Shown: positions 9,601 through 20,075 of the stretch, in pieces
Numbering within the stretch: the stretch's first letter is position 1
How the letters are laid out: every line of letters starts with the position of its first letter
DNA from: an uncultured Acidobacteriota bacterium
GTDB taxonomy: Bacteria; Acidobacteriota; UBA6911
Length of the DNA: 41,936 bases
Assembly: GCA_963827655.1 (NCBI GenBank)
Contig: CAWHCF010000028.1
Coordinates: 1 to 41,936, forward strand
Direction: 5' to 3'
The notes under the pieces: generated by a model
Seen by the model: the letters and a program-made list of their open reading frames with translations, nothing else
Told to the model about the DNA's origin: nothing
Databases searched by the model: none
Program-made: the position numbers and the translations under genes

Positions 9601-9810
9601 AGCGTTCCGCTCGTTGACGACCGATCTAGGAGGTCCTCACTCATTCGAACTGTGACCCTCGGATTCAGAACGGTCTGCGCGCGCGACTCTGAGAAATTTT
9701 GAGACGACGCCGCGACTCGGCGCTCCGGGAAGTTTTTGGGAAGTCCCGACCTCTACGATGCCTCCCGTGCGATATCGACCTTTCGCGTTCTTTCTTGAAA
9801 GGAGTTTTCT

Positions 9811-12800
9811 ATGGGAGTCTGGTGGAGTCGACGGAGCGGGCGCTTCGTCATGGTTTTGTTTGGAGCCTTAATATCGAACCTTGTCGCTGGCGCGCAGACT
9901 AACAGCGCGACGCTCAGCGGTACAGTCAGGGACGCCACGGGCGCCGTTGTGCCGGGCGTGGCTATTCGGGTTTCGAGCACGGCGACCGGGTTGCAACGGC
10001 AAACGACGACCGGTAGCGATGGTCTGTTCACACTGACGCTTCTGCCGCCGGGCAGATATTCGCTCCAGGCTGAGCGGCAAGGCTTCTCGCTCGTAGAGGT
10101 AAACGGCATTGAATTACCGGTTGCCGGACAGGTCTCGCACGACATTATTCTGCAGGTCGGAGGCGTTACTGAAACAGTCGACGTCGTCGCTGTGCCGCTT
10201 CTGCAGTCGGACACGAGCGCGCTCGCCGACGTTGTCAATAACCGGCAGGTCGAGCTGCTGCCGATCAACGGTCGCGATTTCCGCCGTCTGACGGTCTTGC
10301 TTCCGGGCGCGGCGCCTCGTTCTCAGCGAGGCTCGCTCGGATCGTTCACAGTCAATGGCCAGCGAGAGAAGGCCAACATCTTCCTCATAGATGGCGTGGA
10401 TAATAACGATTCGTTCCGCAATCAGCCTTCTCTCAATCAGGGCGGCGTGACCGGAGCGCCGGCGACTCTGCTTCCGGTTGATGCAGTCGGTGAATTCACG
10501 CTGCAAACACAGGGCGCGGCTGAGTACGGGCGCAATTCGGGCGCCGTGGTGAATCTCATTCTCAAGAGCGGCACAAACCACTTCCACGGCACGGCCTATG
10601 AATTTCTTCGCAACGATAACTTCGATGCGCGCAACTTCTTCGAACGCGGGAAAAACGAATTTCGAAATAACAATTTCGGCGGGGTTCTGGGCGGCCCGAT
10701 CGTCAGGAATCGAACGTTTTTCTTCGGCGGTTTCGAAAGTCAGCGCGAGTTTGTCTTTTCTCCATCGGTCGTACGCGTACCGGACGCCGCCGATCTTGCA
10801 GCAGCGCGCACGGCCAACCAGGCGGCGGGACTCCAGGAGAACGAGCTCAGCACCAGCATCCTGCAATTCTTTCCGCAGCCCAACCTGGCGGCCACAACGG
10901 GCAACAATTATTCGTTCGCGGCTCCAAATACCAACAACAGCGACAACTTCCTGGCAACCATCGAGCATCGCTTCGACGACCAGTTTAGTCTCAGCGGGCG
11001 GTACATTTTCGGCGATGGCAATCAGGTCTTCCCGCTGACTACCGGCAACGGTTCGCCGCTGCCCGCATACCAGACTGTGGTTCCGACGCGCGTCCAGGTC
11101 TTCGGGCTGAGCCTGTCTCAGTTCCTGACCTCACAGCTCGTTAACGAAACTCGGGCAGGTTACAACCGTTTCGTGCAGACCTTCACACCGCTGGATGCGG
11201 ATTTCGATCCGGCCAGCATTGGTCTCATTACCGGAGCAAAATCGCTCCCCACGGTCACAATCACCGGCTTCGTGCCGCTCGGTGCACCAACCAATGTGCC
11301 GCGCGGACGCGTGAGCAGTGCCTATCAGGCCGTCGACAACCTGACCTGGGCGCGCCGGTCCCATGTTTTCAAAATCGGCGGTGAATATCGCCGGGCTATC
11401 GTCAACTCCTACAACGACCAGCTGGCGCGGGGCCGGTTGAACTTCGACAGTCTGGCCGATTTCCTTGCGGGCAGAGTCGCACCCGCCGGAACCGCCGTCC
11501 TGCGAGGCGCGACCCGGCGCGATACGTTCACGAACAACTTCGGTTTGTTTGTGCAGGACGATTGGAAACTGACATCCCGGGTCACGCTGAATCTGGGACT
11601 TCGCTATGAGTATCTGGGCGTGTTCCGCGAGGAAGGAGATCGGCTCTCCAACTTCATTCCAGCACGCGGGCTCGTACGGGTAGGTGAGCCGGGCCTGGAT
11701 CGTCTGTACGAGCCGGATTACAACAATCTTGCCCCCCGGTTCGGTTTCGCGTACGACCTGACAGGGCAAAGTCGAACGGTTCTGCGCGGCGCATACGGTC
11801 TGTATTACGACACGCCATCTCAGGACTACTTCCTCTTGCAGGGCTTCCAGAACGGGGGTCCGGGAAGCCCGGCACTGAATCCCTTGCCGGGCCTTGGAGT
11901 ATTCAATCTAACCTTTCCGGCGGGAGCGACGATTCCTTATGGACCAAACGTACCGATCTTCGGCAGCGCGAGCGGGTCGCTGCCGACCACGAGCATCTCG
12001 ATCTTTGCGGTCGACCCGAATCTTCGAACTCCTTACGTGCACAATTACAATCTGAACCTGCAGCACGAAGTGGCGCACGGAACCGTTTTGCAGGTGTCTT
12101 ATGTCGGTTCCCATGGCGTGAAGCTTTATCGCGTGCGCGATCTTAATCAGGCGACTGCCGGTCCGGCGTCCACACGCCAGCAGCGGCGCCCCTTCGGCAC
12201 ACAGTTCCCGGATTTCTCCTTCATCAACTATCTCGAAACGTCCGCCAACTCAAGTTACAACGCATTACAAACGACCATCAGGCAGCGTCTGGGGGGCCTC
12301 GATCTTTACGGAACTTACAGCTGGTCGAAGTCTATCGACGATGCCTCAAATGGAATTTATTCGGGCACTCGCGGCGTCGCGTATCCGCAGGACACCAACA
12401 ATCTGCGTGCGGAGCGCGCCCTGTCCAGCTTCGATCTGCGGCACCGAGTCACGGTCAACGCTACCTACGAACTCCGTTTTCTACCGAATCGACTCCGCTC
12501 CTGGCCGAAGCGGCTCACGGATGGATGGCAGGTTAGCGGCATTTATACAGGTCAGAGCGGGTTGCCGATCACACCCTTCCTGAGCCTGGACATCAGCGGC
12601 ACTGGCGAACTCAACGATCGGCCCGACCTTGTGGGCGACCCGAACGCCGGACCGCGCCGTCCCAACGAGTGGTTCAACAAAGCGGCGTTTGCCCAGCCGG
12701 TTCCCGGCACATTTGGAAATTCAGCCCGTAACGTGATCATCGGTCCGACTCTGAGCGCGGTCGACTTCTCGGTGACCAAACTGTTGAAAGTGGCGGAGCA

Positions 12801-12990
12801 TGCTTCGTTACAATTTCGCGCCGAAGTTTTCAACGCCTTCAACCGCGCGAATTTCAGTCTGCCGAACGTTGATTTCAACGCTGCAGCCTTTGGCACAATC
12901 AGCGAAACTCCGGACGTCACGGCCGGAAATCCACGGCTCGGCGAAGGCGGCCCGCGCGTGGTTCAATTCGGACTGAAGGTTATTTTCTAG
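9811..12990 (+). CDS. TonB-dependent receptor (Oar-type, N-terminal carboxypeptidase-regulatory-like domain)
   Basis: LSGTVRDATGAVVPG, LPINGRDF, KSGTNHFHG, QDDWK, FRAEVFNAFN, terminal QFGLKVIF; AAGGAG RBS. Confidence 0.96.
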   Translation: MGVWWSRRSGRFVMVLFGALISNLVAGAQTNSATLSGTVRDATGAVVPGVAIRVSSTATGLQRQTTTGSDGLFTLTLLPPGRYSLQAERQGFSLVEVNGIELPVAGQVSHDIILQVGGVTETVDVVAVPLLQSDTSALADVVNNRQVELLPINGRDFRRLTVLLPGAAPRSQRGSLGSFTVNGQREKANIFLIDGVDNNDSFRNQPSLNQGGVTGAPATLLPVDAVGEFTLQTQGAAEYGRNSGAVVNLILKSGTNHFHGTAYEFLRNDNFDARNFFERGKNEFRNNNFGGVLGGPIVRNRTFFFGGFESQREFVFSPSVVRVPDAADLAAARTANQAAGLQENELSTSILQFFPQPNLAATTGNNYSFAAPNTNNSDNFLATIEHRFDDQFSLSGRYIFGDGNQVFPLTTGNGSPLPAYQTVVPTRVQVFGLSLSQFLTSQLVNETRAGYNRFVQTFTPLDADFDPASIGLITGAKSLPTVTITGFVPLGAPTNVPRGRVSSAYQAVDNLTWARRSHVFKIGGEYRRAIVNSYNDQLARGRLNFDSLADFLAGRVAPAGTAVLRGATRRDTFTNNFGLFVQDDWKLTSRVTLNLGLRYEYLGVFREEGDRLSNFIPARGLVRVGEPGLDRLYEPDYNNLAPRFGFAYDLTGQSRTVLRGAYGLYYDTPSQDYFLLQGFQNGGPGSPALNPLPGLGVFNLTFPAGATIPYGPNVPIFGSASGSLPTTSISIFAVDPNLRTPYVHNYNLNLQHEVAHGTVLQVSYVGSHGVKLYRVRDLNQATAGPASTRQQRRPFGTQFPDFSFINYLETSANSSYNALQTTIRQRLGGLDLYGTYSWSKSIDDASNGIYSGTRGVAYPQDTNNLRAERALSSFDLRHRVTVNATYELRFLPNRLRSWPKRLTDGWQVSGIYTGQSGLPITPFLSLDISGTGELNDRPDLVGDPNAGPRRPNEWFNKAAFAQPVPGTFGNSARNVIIGPTLSAVDFSVTKLLKVAEHASLQFRAEVFNAFNRANFSLPNVDFNAAAFGTISETPDVTAGNPRLGEGGPRVVQFGLKVIF

Positions 12991-12998
12991 CTGTAAGG

Positions 12999-13310
12999 CT
13001 CTTCGAAGAGACGCTGCGCGACTCCGAGGACTCCTCGAAATTGAACACTTCTTTCGTCGAGTCGCCGATCAGCGTTCTTCGCTTTACCTTGACGCTGCGA
13101 TCGTTCCTACAGGTCTTGATCACCTGGCCGTACAGACATGCTGGCTCCAAAATGCGACGGATAACTCTCTTGTAGAATTCGCATCCGTCAGTGGTGAGCA
13201 GCGTGACACGTTCAAGATCAATTCGGGCCGGCTACGTCTTGAAAGAGAGCGAGCGTGTTCGGTAGCTTCGGCGTCTGCGACCGTCGTAGCCAAAGCCGAG
13301 ACGGTCTGAT
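12999..13310. mobile_element. Rearranged IS1-family-like transposase remnant
   Basis: Minus strand ~13310-13063: LLTTDGCEFYKRVIRRILEPACLYGQVIKTCRNDRSVKVKRRTLIG; plus strand 12999-13061: LFEETLRDSEDSSKLNTSFVE. Confidence 0.7.
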
Positions 13311-13464
13311 TGCCGAACAAGAGTCTAGCATTGAAGGACCGATCGCTTGGACGCGGCGTACGGCAGCTACGATTCTCATGCGAGGCTTGAGGGGAGGATC
13401 AGCGCGATCTGCGGGAGATCCTACCGGCGATAGGTCCCCTCGACGGAGCGGCGGTCCACGGCCG

Positions 13465-13812
13465 TTACCTCCTCTCGTGATCGCGTAGCATAATGAGTAA
13501 CATGCGGGCCCGCTCAGGCGCCATCACGGCGTGTGGGATGTTGGCGGGCATTCGAACTATGGTTCCCGGCGTCGCGCGGACGGACGTGCCGCCGATCGTG
13601 AGGGTGAGCGCGCCTTCGAGCACGATCACAAGCGCATCGAAGGGCGCCGAGTGCTCACTGAGTTCTTGGTCCGCGTCGAGCGCGAAGAGCGTGAGATTGC
13701 CTCCAGCGGTTCTGGCCAGGACCCGGCTCGTGATCCCCTGTTCCGTGGGGGTGATGAGCGAGTGTATGAGGTGCGCCTCTGCAGGCGGAATTGTCTGGGT
13801 AGTGGTAGCCAT
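13465..13812 (-). CDS. Cupin domain protein
   Basis: LTLFALDADQELSEHSAP...VLEG...MPANIPHAV; ATG 13812 preceded by GGGAG. Confidence 0.9.
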   Translation of the reverse strand: MATTTQTIPPAEAHLIHSLITPTEQGITSRVLARTAGGNLTLFALDADQELSEHSAPFDALVIVLEGALTLTIGGTSVRATPGTIVRMPANIPHAVMAPERARMLLIMLRDHERR

Positions 13813-13968
13813 CGGCTTCTCCCGCGGTGTGCGTCTGTGGGTTGTGCTTCGCCAAAATGGATCAGGCACTCAATCCCAAGTGTATCCTTAAGTGTTCCAC
13901 AAACGTATTGTGTTTGAGATCAGGTGCTCGACTGTTGGCACCTCGATTCTAACCCATAGTCCAGAGTA

Positions 13969-15018
13969 TCAGTATCCTTCGCGTCCACCGGCGGCGACAG
14001 CCTTGCCGCGGTGAATCCGGAAGAGAACGACGAAGTAAAGGATAGCGAGTGGAAAGCCAACGACCCACCACGCCAGGGCGATCTCGAGGCTCCGAATCGA
14101 CACACTCGAGTTGTACGCGTCCAGCGAGCGCGCGCCATCGTCGATGGCTCGCAGCATGACCGGGAACACGCAGGCAGCCGTCGCGGCGAGCAGGCCTGCG
14201 AGAAACGCGCACGAGCCAAGAAACGCGCGGAGATCCCGGCGTCCGCGCAACCCAAGACCGACTGAGATCAAGCCGGCCACCGCTACCAGCACGGCCAGCC
14301 ATGCCACTGGGCGGCGCGGCAACGCGGCAAACATCTCTCCGTTCACGCGCCACGTCGCCAGCGTCAGCAGCGGCCAGCACACCGCAGCGGCGCCGTACAG
14401 CCAGATGGCGGCCGTGCGGCTGCGCGTCTGCACCACGCCTTCCGATTTCCACGCCAGAAACGTCGCGCCGTGTCCACCGATGGCCAGCAGCCCGAAGATG
14501 CCGGCGACGACCGTGTACCAGTCGAGGATGCCGACCGGCGGTCTCGCGCTGAAATCCGTGAAGAACGGCAGCGAGAACCAGCCATCCTGGCCGATCGGGA
14601 GACCGCGCAGTAGATTGCCGAGCGCGACGCCGAACAGCACGGGCAGCACCGCGCTCGCGGCGCAAAACAGGAAGTCCCAGGCCGCCCGCCAGAGCGGATG
14701 CTCGATGTGACTCCGGAACTCGATCGAAATGCCGCGCACGATCAGCGTCCAGAGCACGAGGAAGATCGCGAAGTAGAATCCGGACAGCCCGGATGCAAGG
14801 ACGGGCGGGAACGCGACGAACAGCGCGCCTCCCGTCGCGAGGAGCCACACTTCATTGGCATCCCAATAGGGGCCGATGCTGGCGAGCACCTGCCGGCGCT
14901 CCGCGTCGGTTCGCGCCACGAACAGATGCAGCAAGCCTGCGCCAAAATCAAATCCGTCGAGCACGACGTATGCAGTGAGCATCAGGGCGGCGATCCCGAA
15001 CCACAACTCAACCACCAC
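13969..15018 (-). CDS. cydB: Cytochrome bd ubiquinol oxidase subunit II
   Basis: YVVLDGFDFGAG, IGPYWDANEVWL, RGISIEFR; overlaps cydA. Confidence 0.97.
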   Translation of the reverse strand: MVVELWFGIAALMLTAYVVLDGFDFGAGLLHLFVARTDAERRQVLASIGPYWDANEVWLLATGGALFVAFPPVLASGLSGFYFAIFLVLWTLIVRGISIEFRSHIEHPLWRAAWDFLFCAASAVLPVLFGVALGNLLRGLPIGQDGWFSLPFFTDFSARPPVGILDWYTVVAGIFGLLAIGGHGATFLAWKSEGVVQTRSRTAAIWLYGAAAVCWPLLTLATWRVNGEMFAALPRRPVAWLAVLVAVAGLISVGLGLRGRRDLRAFLGSCAFLAGLLAATAACVFPVMLRAIDDGARSLDAYNSSVSIRSLEIALAWWVVGFPLAILYFVVLFRIHRGKAVAAGGREGY

Positions 15019-16384
15019 TCACCTCCCCCGTCCGGTGCGGCAGCGCCTCCGGACCGTGACCATTCTGCGGAGCCGGGCCATGCGCGATCTCGCGGCCAAT
15101 CAGGAACAGGAACAGGACGCCGAGCACCAAATACAGTCCCGAGAAGCCCATCAGCGTGAACAGGACGGTCCCGGAGTGCACCATGGGGCTGGCGCCGTCT
15201 CTGGTGCGCATCAATCCGTACACGATCCAGGGCTGGCGTCCCAGCTCCGCCGTCATCCATCCAGCCGTGTTCGCGATGTACGGAAAGGGGAATGCGAGCA
15301 TCAGCACCCACAGCATGCGCCGGCTGCGTACGAGCGCGCCGCGCCACTCGAGAGCCGCCGCGGCAGCCATCGTCACGATGAACATCGTCCCGAGTCCGGC
15401 CATCACGTGAAACGCGTAGTAGAGCAGCTCGATGTTGTCGGGCCACGTGTCCTCGGGAAACCCGTCCAGACCTGCGACGTTCGCGTGAAAGGTGCCGTAC
15501 GCGAGAAAGCTGAGGAAGCCAGGTACGACGATTGGATTGTCCAACCGTCTCTCCTTCACGTTCGGCTGCCCGATGAGGACGATGCCGGCCCAGGTCCCGC
15601 TTTCGAATCGTCCCTCCATCGCTGCGAGGCTCACGGGTTGGTGCCTCGCGATCAGCTTGGCCTGCCAATCGCCCGTCGGGAACGCAACGAGGATGCTCGA
15701 CAGCAGTCCGGCCGCCACACCCACGCGAAGGAACCGCCGGGCCTGCTCCCGATGCGCGTCCTGCAACGCGTAGTAGGCACCGACGGCCGCCATCACGAAC
15801 GACGCCGTCACGACCGCCGCGACCATATTGTGCGCGTATTGCGCGAGCGCCCAGGGGTTCAGCACGAATGCCCAGAAGTCGGCGAGGTACAACGTGCCGT
15901 CCGGGCCCACGCCGTAACCGGCGGGACGCTGCATGAACGCGTTCGTGCAGATGATGAAATAGCCGGATAGCCAGCTCCCCACAAAGAGCGCGAGGCTCGC
16001 CAGGAAGTGTGCCCGGCGTCCGATACGGCGCTCGCCGAAGACGAGAAGCCCGAGAAAGGCCGATTCGAGGAAAAACGCGAACAGCCCTTCCATCGCGAGC
16101 GTCTGGCCGACCACGCCACCGGCGTACTTCGAGAACGCCGACCAGTTCGTCCCGAACTGGAACTCCATCGGGATGCCGGTGACGACGCCGACGGCGAAGT
16201 TGATGCCGAAGATCCGGATCCAGAAGCGCGCCGCGTCATCCCACGCGCTGTGGCCCGTGCGCAGTCCAGCCACCTTCAGCACGACGATGAGCAGCGCCAG
16301 CCCCATCGTGAGCTGGGGAAACAGATAGTGGTAGACGATGGTGAAGGCGAACTGCAGGCGGTGCCAAAGCAGGGGGTCGGACAT
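15008..16384 (-). CDS. cydA: Cytochrome bd ubiquinol oxidase subunit I
   Basis: RLQFAFTIVYHYLFP, GVVTGIPMEFQFGTNW, LAAMEG, GWMTAELGRQPW. Confidence 0.97.
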   Translation of the reverse strand: MSDPLLWHRLQFAFTIVYHYLFPQLTMGLALLIVVLKVAGLRTGHSAWDDAARFWIRIFGINFAVGVVTGIPMEFQFGTNWSAFSKYAGGVVGQTLAMEGLFAFFLESAFLGLLVFGERRIGRRAHFLASLALFVGSWLSGYFIICTNAFMQRPAGYGVGPDGTLYLADFWAFVLNPWALAQYAHNMVAAVVTASFVMAAVGAYYALQDAHREQARRFLRVGVAAGLLSSILVAFPTGDWQAKLIARHQPVSLAAMEGRFESGTWAGIVLIGQPNVKERRLDNPIVVPGFLSFLAYGTFHANVAGLDGFPEDTWPDNIELLYYAFHVMAGLGTMFIVTMAAAAALEWRGALVRSRRMLWVLMLAFPFPYIANTAGWMTAELGRQPWIVYGLMRTRDGASPMVHSGTVLFTLMGFSGLYLVLGVLFLFLIGREIAHGPAPQNGHGPEALPHRTGEVSGG

Positions 16385-16647
16385 GCGGTGCTCCAGGCGC
16401 GCGGTCGTCTATCGCAAGAGACATGCCAGGCACTTGGCCTGCCGGGACCGCGGGCGTCTTATTATGCGGGTGCTCGACAGGGTCGAGCTTCGTGTAAGCT
16501 GACCGGGCATTATCATCCGTCGACTCGCGATGTGTCCCGCGACCCTGGCTGTTGCAGTTGGATCCTTCTGAGAGCAAAGATACGCATGATCATTCCGCTA
16601 GCGTGTCGAGACGCTCCAGTGGCGCGATTCGTTCAATTCGTGGCAAG

Positions 16648-18174
16648 TCATTGTGCAAAGTCTATCTGACTCCTTGACAAGCGCCGGCTGAAGATCTTGG
16701 CTTTCGGCGCGAACGGAACATCGGCGTCGAGAGGAAACATCGGGCGCCGGCAACGGCGATGACCGAGGCTGCGCAGATTGGCGCTGGTGGCTCCAGGAGC
16801 ATCCACATCCACATACCGCGCTGCCCAATCCCTGAACATGTGGGGCTCGCATTGCGGCGACTTCACGACGACCACGTCAAACCTCCCAGGATCCTGACCG
16901 TGCGCATAGAAGAGCGCTCGATCGTACAGGTGCACGGCGCGGCTTATCAGGACGAGCGTGTAGCCATTCGTCCGCACTACTGCCGTGCACCCCGAGTTCC
17001 ACAGGTCGCCGGTTTTCTCGCTGCGAAAGAGTCCCTCGGAGAGAAGATGAACACGACCTTCGATCGGCAGGGGAGTGAAGCGCTGCGGATCGAGCGTCCC
17101 CCCGATCTTGGTCCTCACGATATTTCCCACGCCTGCTGCGAATGCGGCCTCCGCTGCCGGTGCGTCGACGATCGGGACGAGCGCCGTACCTCGAAATTCC
17201 GCATCGATCAGGGCGCGCAGGATGGCGTTGCTGTCACCCGATGCTCCCGAGCTCGTGGCGTCGGCCGCATCCACAAGCACCACGGTCCCGCTCTTGTTCT
17301 CGCACGCGATGCGCGCAGCGTCGCCAAGCGTCGTCAGCGGCACCTGCATCGCGGCGTGATGGCTCCAGAAGATCTCCGCAATCTCGATCGCAGCCTGTTC
17401 CGCGCGCGCCGCCTCGCCATCGGTTACGACAAAGGCGCTCGAGCACAGAGCCGGTACATCCGTGAACGGGTTACTCCAGAACATCCCCGCCGACAATCCA
17501 TACTTGCTCTGCTCCGCCTCCTGTGCCGCCCGAACAACGTGGCGGATTAAGCCATTCTCGGTGATGAGCTCGTCGCCCCGCACGAGGGCGGGCACGTCGA
17601 CTTTCGCAGTGACTGGCTCGACTTCGCGAGCCATCAACCGCAAAAGGAGCCGGGCGGAACGTTCGCCGGTGTCCAGAAAGTCGACATGTGGGTACGTCTG
17701 GTAGCTGACGACAGCATCCGCGTGCGTCAGCATGCGGTCGGTCAGGATCCCGTGCAGGTCGAGAGAAACGACGATGGGAATCTCTTCGCCTAAAATCTTC
17801 CGGGACTCGGCCAGAAGATGGCCCTCGACATCATCTTCGTTTTCGGCCACCATGGCGCCGTGCATCGAGAAGAAAGCGCCGTCTGCGCGGGGCGCGGCCT
17901 TGAGCGCGCCGAGGAACTCCCGTTCGATGCGCCCGAAATCGCGCGCAGCCAGAGGCCCGCCGCATGTGATCATCGCCGCGCTATAGGTCGGCAGCAGGTT
18001 GATATCGGGGCGTGTGTCGAACACCCGCAAGGCTCCACCGATTTCGTTCCCAACCTCACGATGGCACTGGAGTATCTCCTCGCCAAAGCGAACGGTGAAA
18101 TCCTCGTACCGGCTCGGGACAGGGTTGAAAGAGGAGATCTCCTGTTTGCACTCGGCGATGATCACTTTGGGCAT
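16648..18174 (-). CDS. M81 family (MlrC-like) metallopeptidase
   Basis: QEISSFNP, SMHGAMV, SLDLHG, YQTYPHVD, VVVKS, DAPGAT, RRPMFPLD. Confidence 0.92.
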   Translation of the reverse strand: MPKVIIAECKQEISSFNPVPSRYEDFTVRFGEEILQCHREVGNEIGGALRVFDTRPDINLLPTYSAAMITCGGPLAARDFGRIEREFLGALKAAPRADGAFFSMHGAMVAENEDDVEGHLLAESRKILGEEIPIVVSLDLHGILTDRMLTHADAVVSYQTYPHVDFLDTGERSARLLLRLMAREVEPVTAKVDVPALVRGDELITENGLIRHVVRAAQEAEQSKYGLSAGMFWSNPFTDVPALCSSAFVVTDGEAARAEQAAIEIAEIFWSHHAAMQVPLTTLGDAARIACENKSGTVVLVDAADATSSGASGDSNAILRALIDAEFRGTALVPIVDAPAAEAAFAAGVGNIVRTKIGGTLDPQRFTPLPIEGRVHLLSEGLFRSEKTGDLWNSGCTAVVRTNGYTLVLISRAVHLYDRALFYAHGQDPGRFDVVVVKSPQCEPHMFRDWAARYVDVDAPGATSANLRSLGHRRCRRPMFPLDADVPFAPKAKIFSRRLSRSQIDFAQ

Positions 18175-18603
18175 GAGAGGATTATAGCCTGATTCGGACG
18201 ACTCCGATTCTTCCTACATTCCGAAGCGATGCCTGGCTGACATCGCCTCCTGCTTCGGGCGAGTCTCCAAACCCGTCGATGGTTGTTTTTCTGATTTTCA
18301 AACGCGGCAATTCAATTCAAAAGTGGAGAAGGCACGCGAAACCGATTGTCCCGACTTCGGTGTCAAGACTCAGCGGCTTGAGTCACTTCCGGGAACTTGG
18401 GAGGTTGTGCGCGTGATGATGTATCGAGATTAGAGTACAAAAACTTCATACGTCAGCAGGTTGAATCACGGCTCTGTCGCCGTCACCGAAGCTGTTTCAT
18501 CTGGTGAGACACGTTCAAGTGCTCCTCCCGGATAGAACGAGTCACGGAGGCGCGGCGTCAGAGCTCTCCAACGTGGGGAGGCAAAGGGTTGATCACGCTC
18601 ATC

Positions 18604-18642
18604 TTGACACTCGTCGCCATTGCCGTTATGTTTGACGTAACG
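18604..18642 (+). promoter_or_regulatory. sigma70-type promoter and palindromic operator of higBA
   Basis: TTGACA(18604)-N17-TATGTT; CGTTAtGT-ttg-ACgTAACG inverted repeat at 18624-18642 overlaps the -10. Confidence 0.65.
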
Positions 18643-18664
18643 CATAATTTAGCTTATATGGGCA

Positions 18665-18949
18665 ATGATCATCAATTATCGCGACAAGCGAACGAGAGAC
18701 TTTGCCGCTGGAAAATGGGTCAAGGCTTTTTCCAGCATCGAACGGGCCACGCGGCTGAAGATCGACCGACTGGAAGCGGCTACCGCGCTTCGGGACCTTG
18801 CCGGCTTACCCGGTAACCGTTTTGAAGTGCTCAAAGGTGACCGCAAAGGCCAGTACAGCATTCGCATCAACGACCAGTGGCGGATTTGCTTTGAATGGCC
18901 CGAAGGGTCCCCCGGACCCCACAATGTGGAGATCGTTGATTATCATTAG
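18665..18949 (+). CDS. higB: HigB-family toxin (RelE/ParE superfamily)
   Basis: LPGNRFEVLKGDRKGQYSIRINDQWRICFEW...VEIVDYH. Confidence 0.95.
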   Translation: MIINYRDKRTRDFAAGKWVKAFSSIERATRLKIDRLEAATALRDLAGLPGNRFEVLKGDRKGQYSIRINDQWRICFEWPEGSPGPHNVEIVDYH

Positions 18950-18959
18950 GAGAATCGCT

Positions 18960-19259
18960 ATGGCCGTACCCGCAATTCATCCCGGCGAACATCTCGCCGA
19001 AGAACTGAAGGAACTCGATATGAGCGCTGCCGCACTTGCGCGCAAGCTCAAGGTTCCTACGAACCGGATTACAGGGATTCTCAACGGGCAGCGCGCCATT
19101 ACGGGTGATACGGCTCTGCGCCTGGCCCATTTCTTCGGCACGAGCGCGGAATTCTGGCTCAACCTGCAAAAACTCTATGAGTTGCGTTTAGCCGAGCAGA
19201 AAGCGGGTAAGACCATCAAGGCTCTGCCGACACTTAAGAATGAACACGTTCACACCTGA
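18960..19259 (+). CDS. higA: HigA-family antitoxin (XRE HTH)
   Basis: IHPGEHLAEEL, ITGDTALRLAHFFGTSAEFWLNLQ; AGGAG RBS; directly follows the toxin. Confidence 0.95.
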   Translation: MAVPAIHPGEHLAEELKELDMSAAALARKLKVPTNRITGILNGQRAITGDTALRLAHFFGTSAEFWLNLQKLYELRLAEQKAGKTIKALPTLKNEHVHT

Positions 19260-19269
19260 TATAAACTCC

Positions 19270-19870
19270 TGTCGTTTCCGAAAATCCCGTCCAGATTGAA
19301 ACTGTTGCACTTGCCGGATTCGGTTGATAGCCTCCCGACCATGAATTGTGTGCTGGCTTCAATCATTTCAACCCTCCTCGTCGCCTTCCGATCGCGCCTC
19401 GCACTCCAGGCTGAGATCCTCGCTCTCCGCCATCAACTCAACGTCCTCCGCCGTTCTGCTGACGCGCGCCGACATCTGCGTACCTCCGATCGCGTCCTTT
19501 GGGTCTGGCTGTCGCGGCTTTGGCCTGATTGGCGTTCAGCTCTATTGATCGTCAAGCCAGAAACAGTCATTGGTTGGCATCGTCGGGGCTTTCATCTTTA
19601 TTGGTGCTGGAAGAGCCGTGGCCCAGGACGACCCGATACTGAACGAGAGGTCAGAGAACTCATCCGGAAAATGTGCATTTCCAACCCCAGCTGGGGAGCC
19701 CCACGAGTACACGGTGAACTGCTCAAGCTGGATAATTGACATATCCCAGTCGACGGTCTCCAAATACGTGGTAAGACCTCGGAAGCCGCCTTCGCAGACC
19801 TGGCGGACGTTTCTCGAAAACCATGTCAAGCAGTTGGTGTCAGTGGACTTCTTCGTCGTGCCGACCATTG
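19270..19870 (+). mobile_element. Truncated, frameshifted integrase-core (rve-type) transposase
   Basis: EILALRHQL, IVKPETVIGWHR, NPSWGAPRVHGELLKL, frameshift ~19735, PPSQTWRTFLENH...VDFFVVPT, then breaks off. Confidence 0.85.
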
Positions 19871-19921
19871 ATCTTGAATCTTTAGACTAATCCTACCAAC
19901 AACGGAAGACGGACGCACCGG

Positions 19922-20052
19922 ATGAAAAAGAGCAAACCTCCGCTGTTCCGTGGACGCTACTTCGAACCTGAAAATAATTGTCACCTGTGTCCGTTGATAT
20001 CTGCGATTTTCGATGAGCGTACGAATATCCAGGAACTCATGGCAGAGCGCGG
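19922..20052 (+). mobile_element. IS6-family transposase N-terminal remnant
   Basis: LFRGRYFEPE, then shifted IIVTCVR*YLRF and QELMAERG, typical of IS6 N-termini. Confidence 0.7.
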
Positions 20053-20075
20053 CCGATTAGTTGGGACGGACCAGA

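Noticed and set aside
14876-17550. Long plus-strand ORFs opposite cydA and the M81 peptidase (and similar shadow ORFs elsewhere)
   Set aside because: Expected antisense open frames in GC-rich coding DNA
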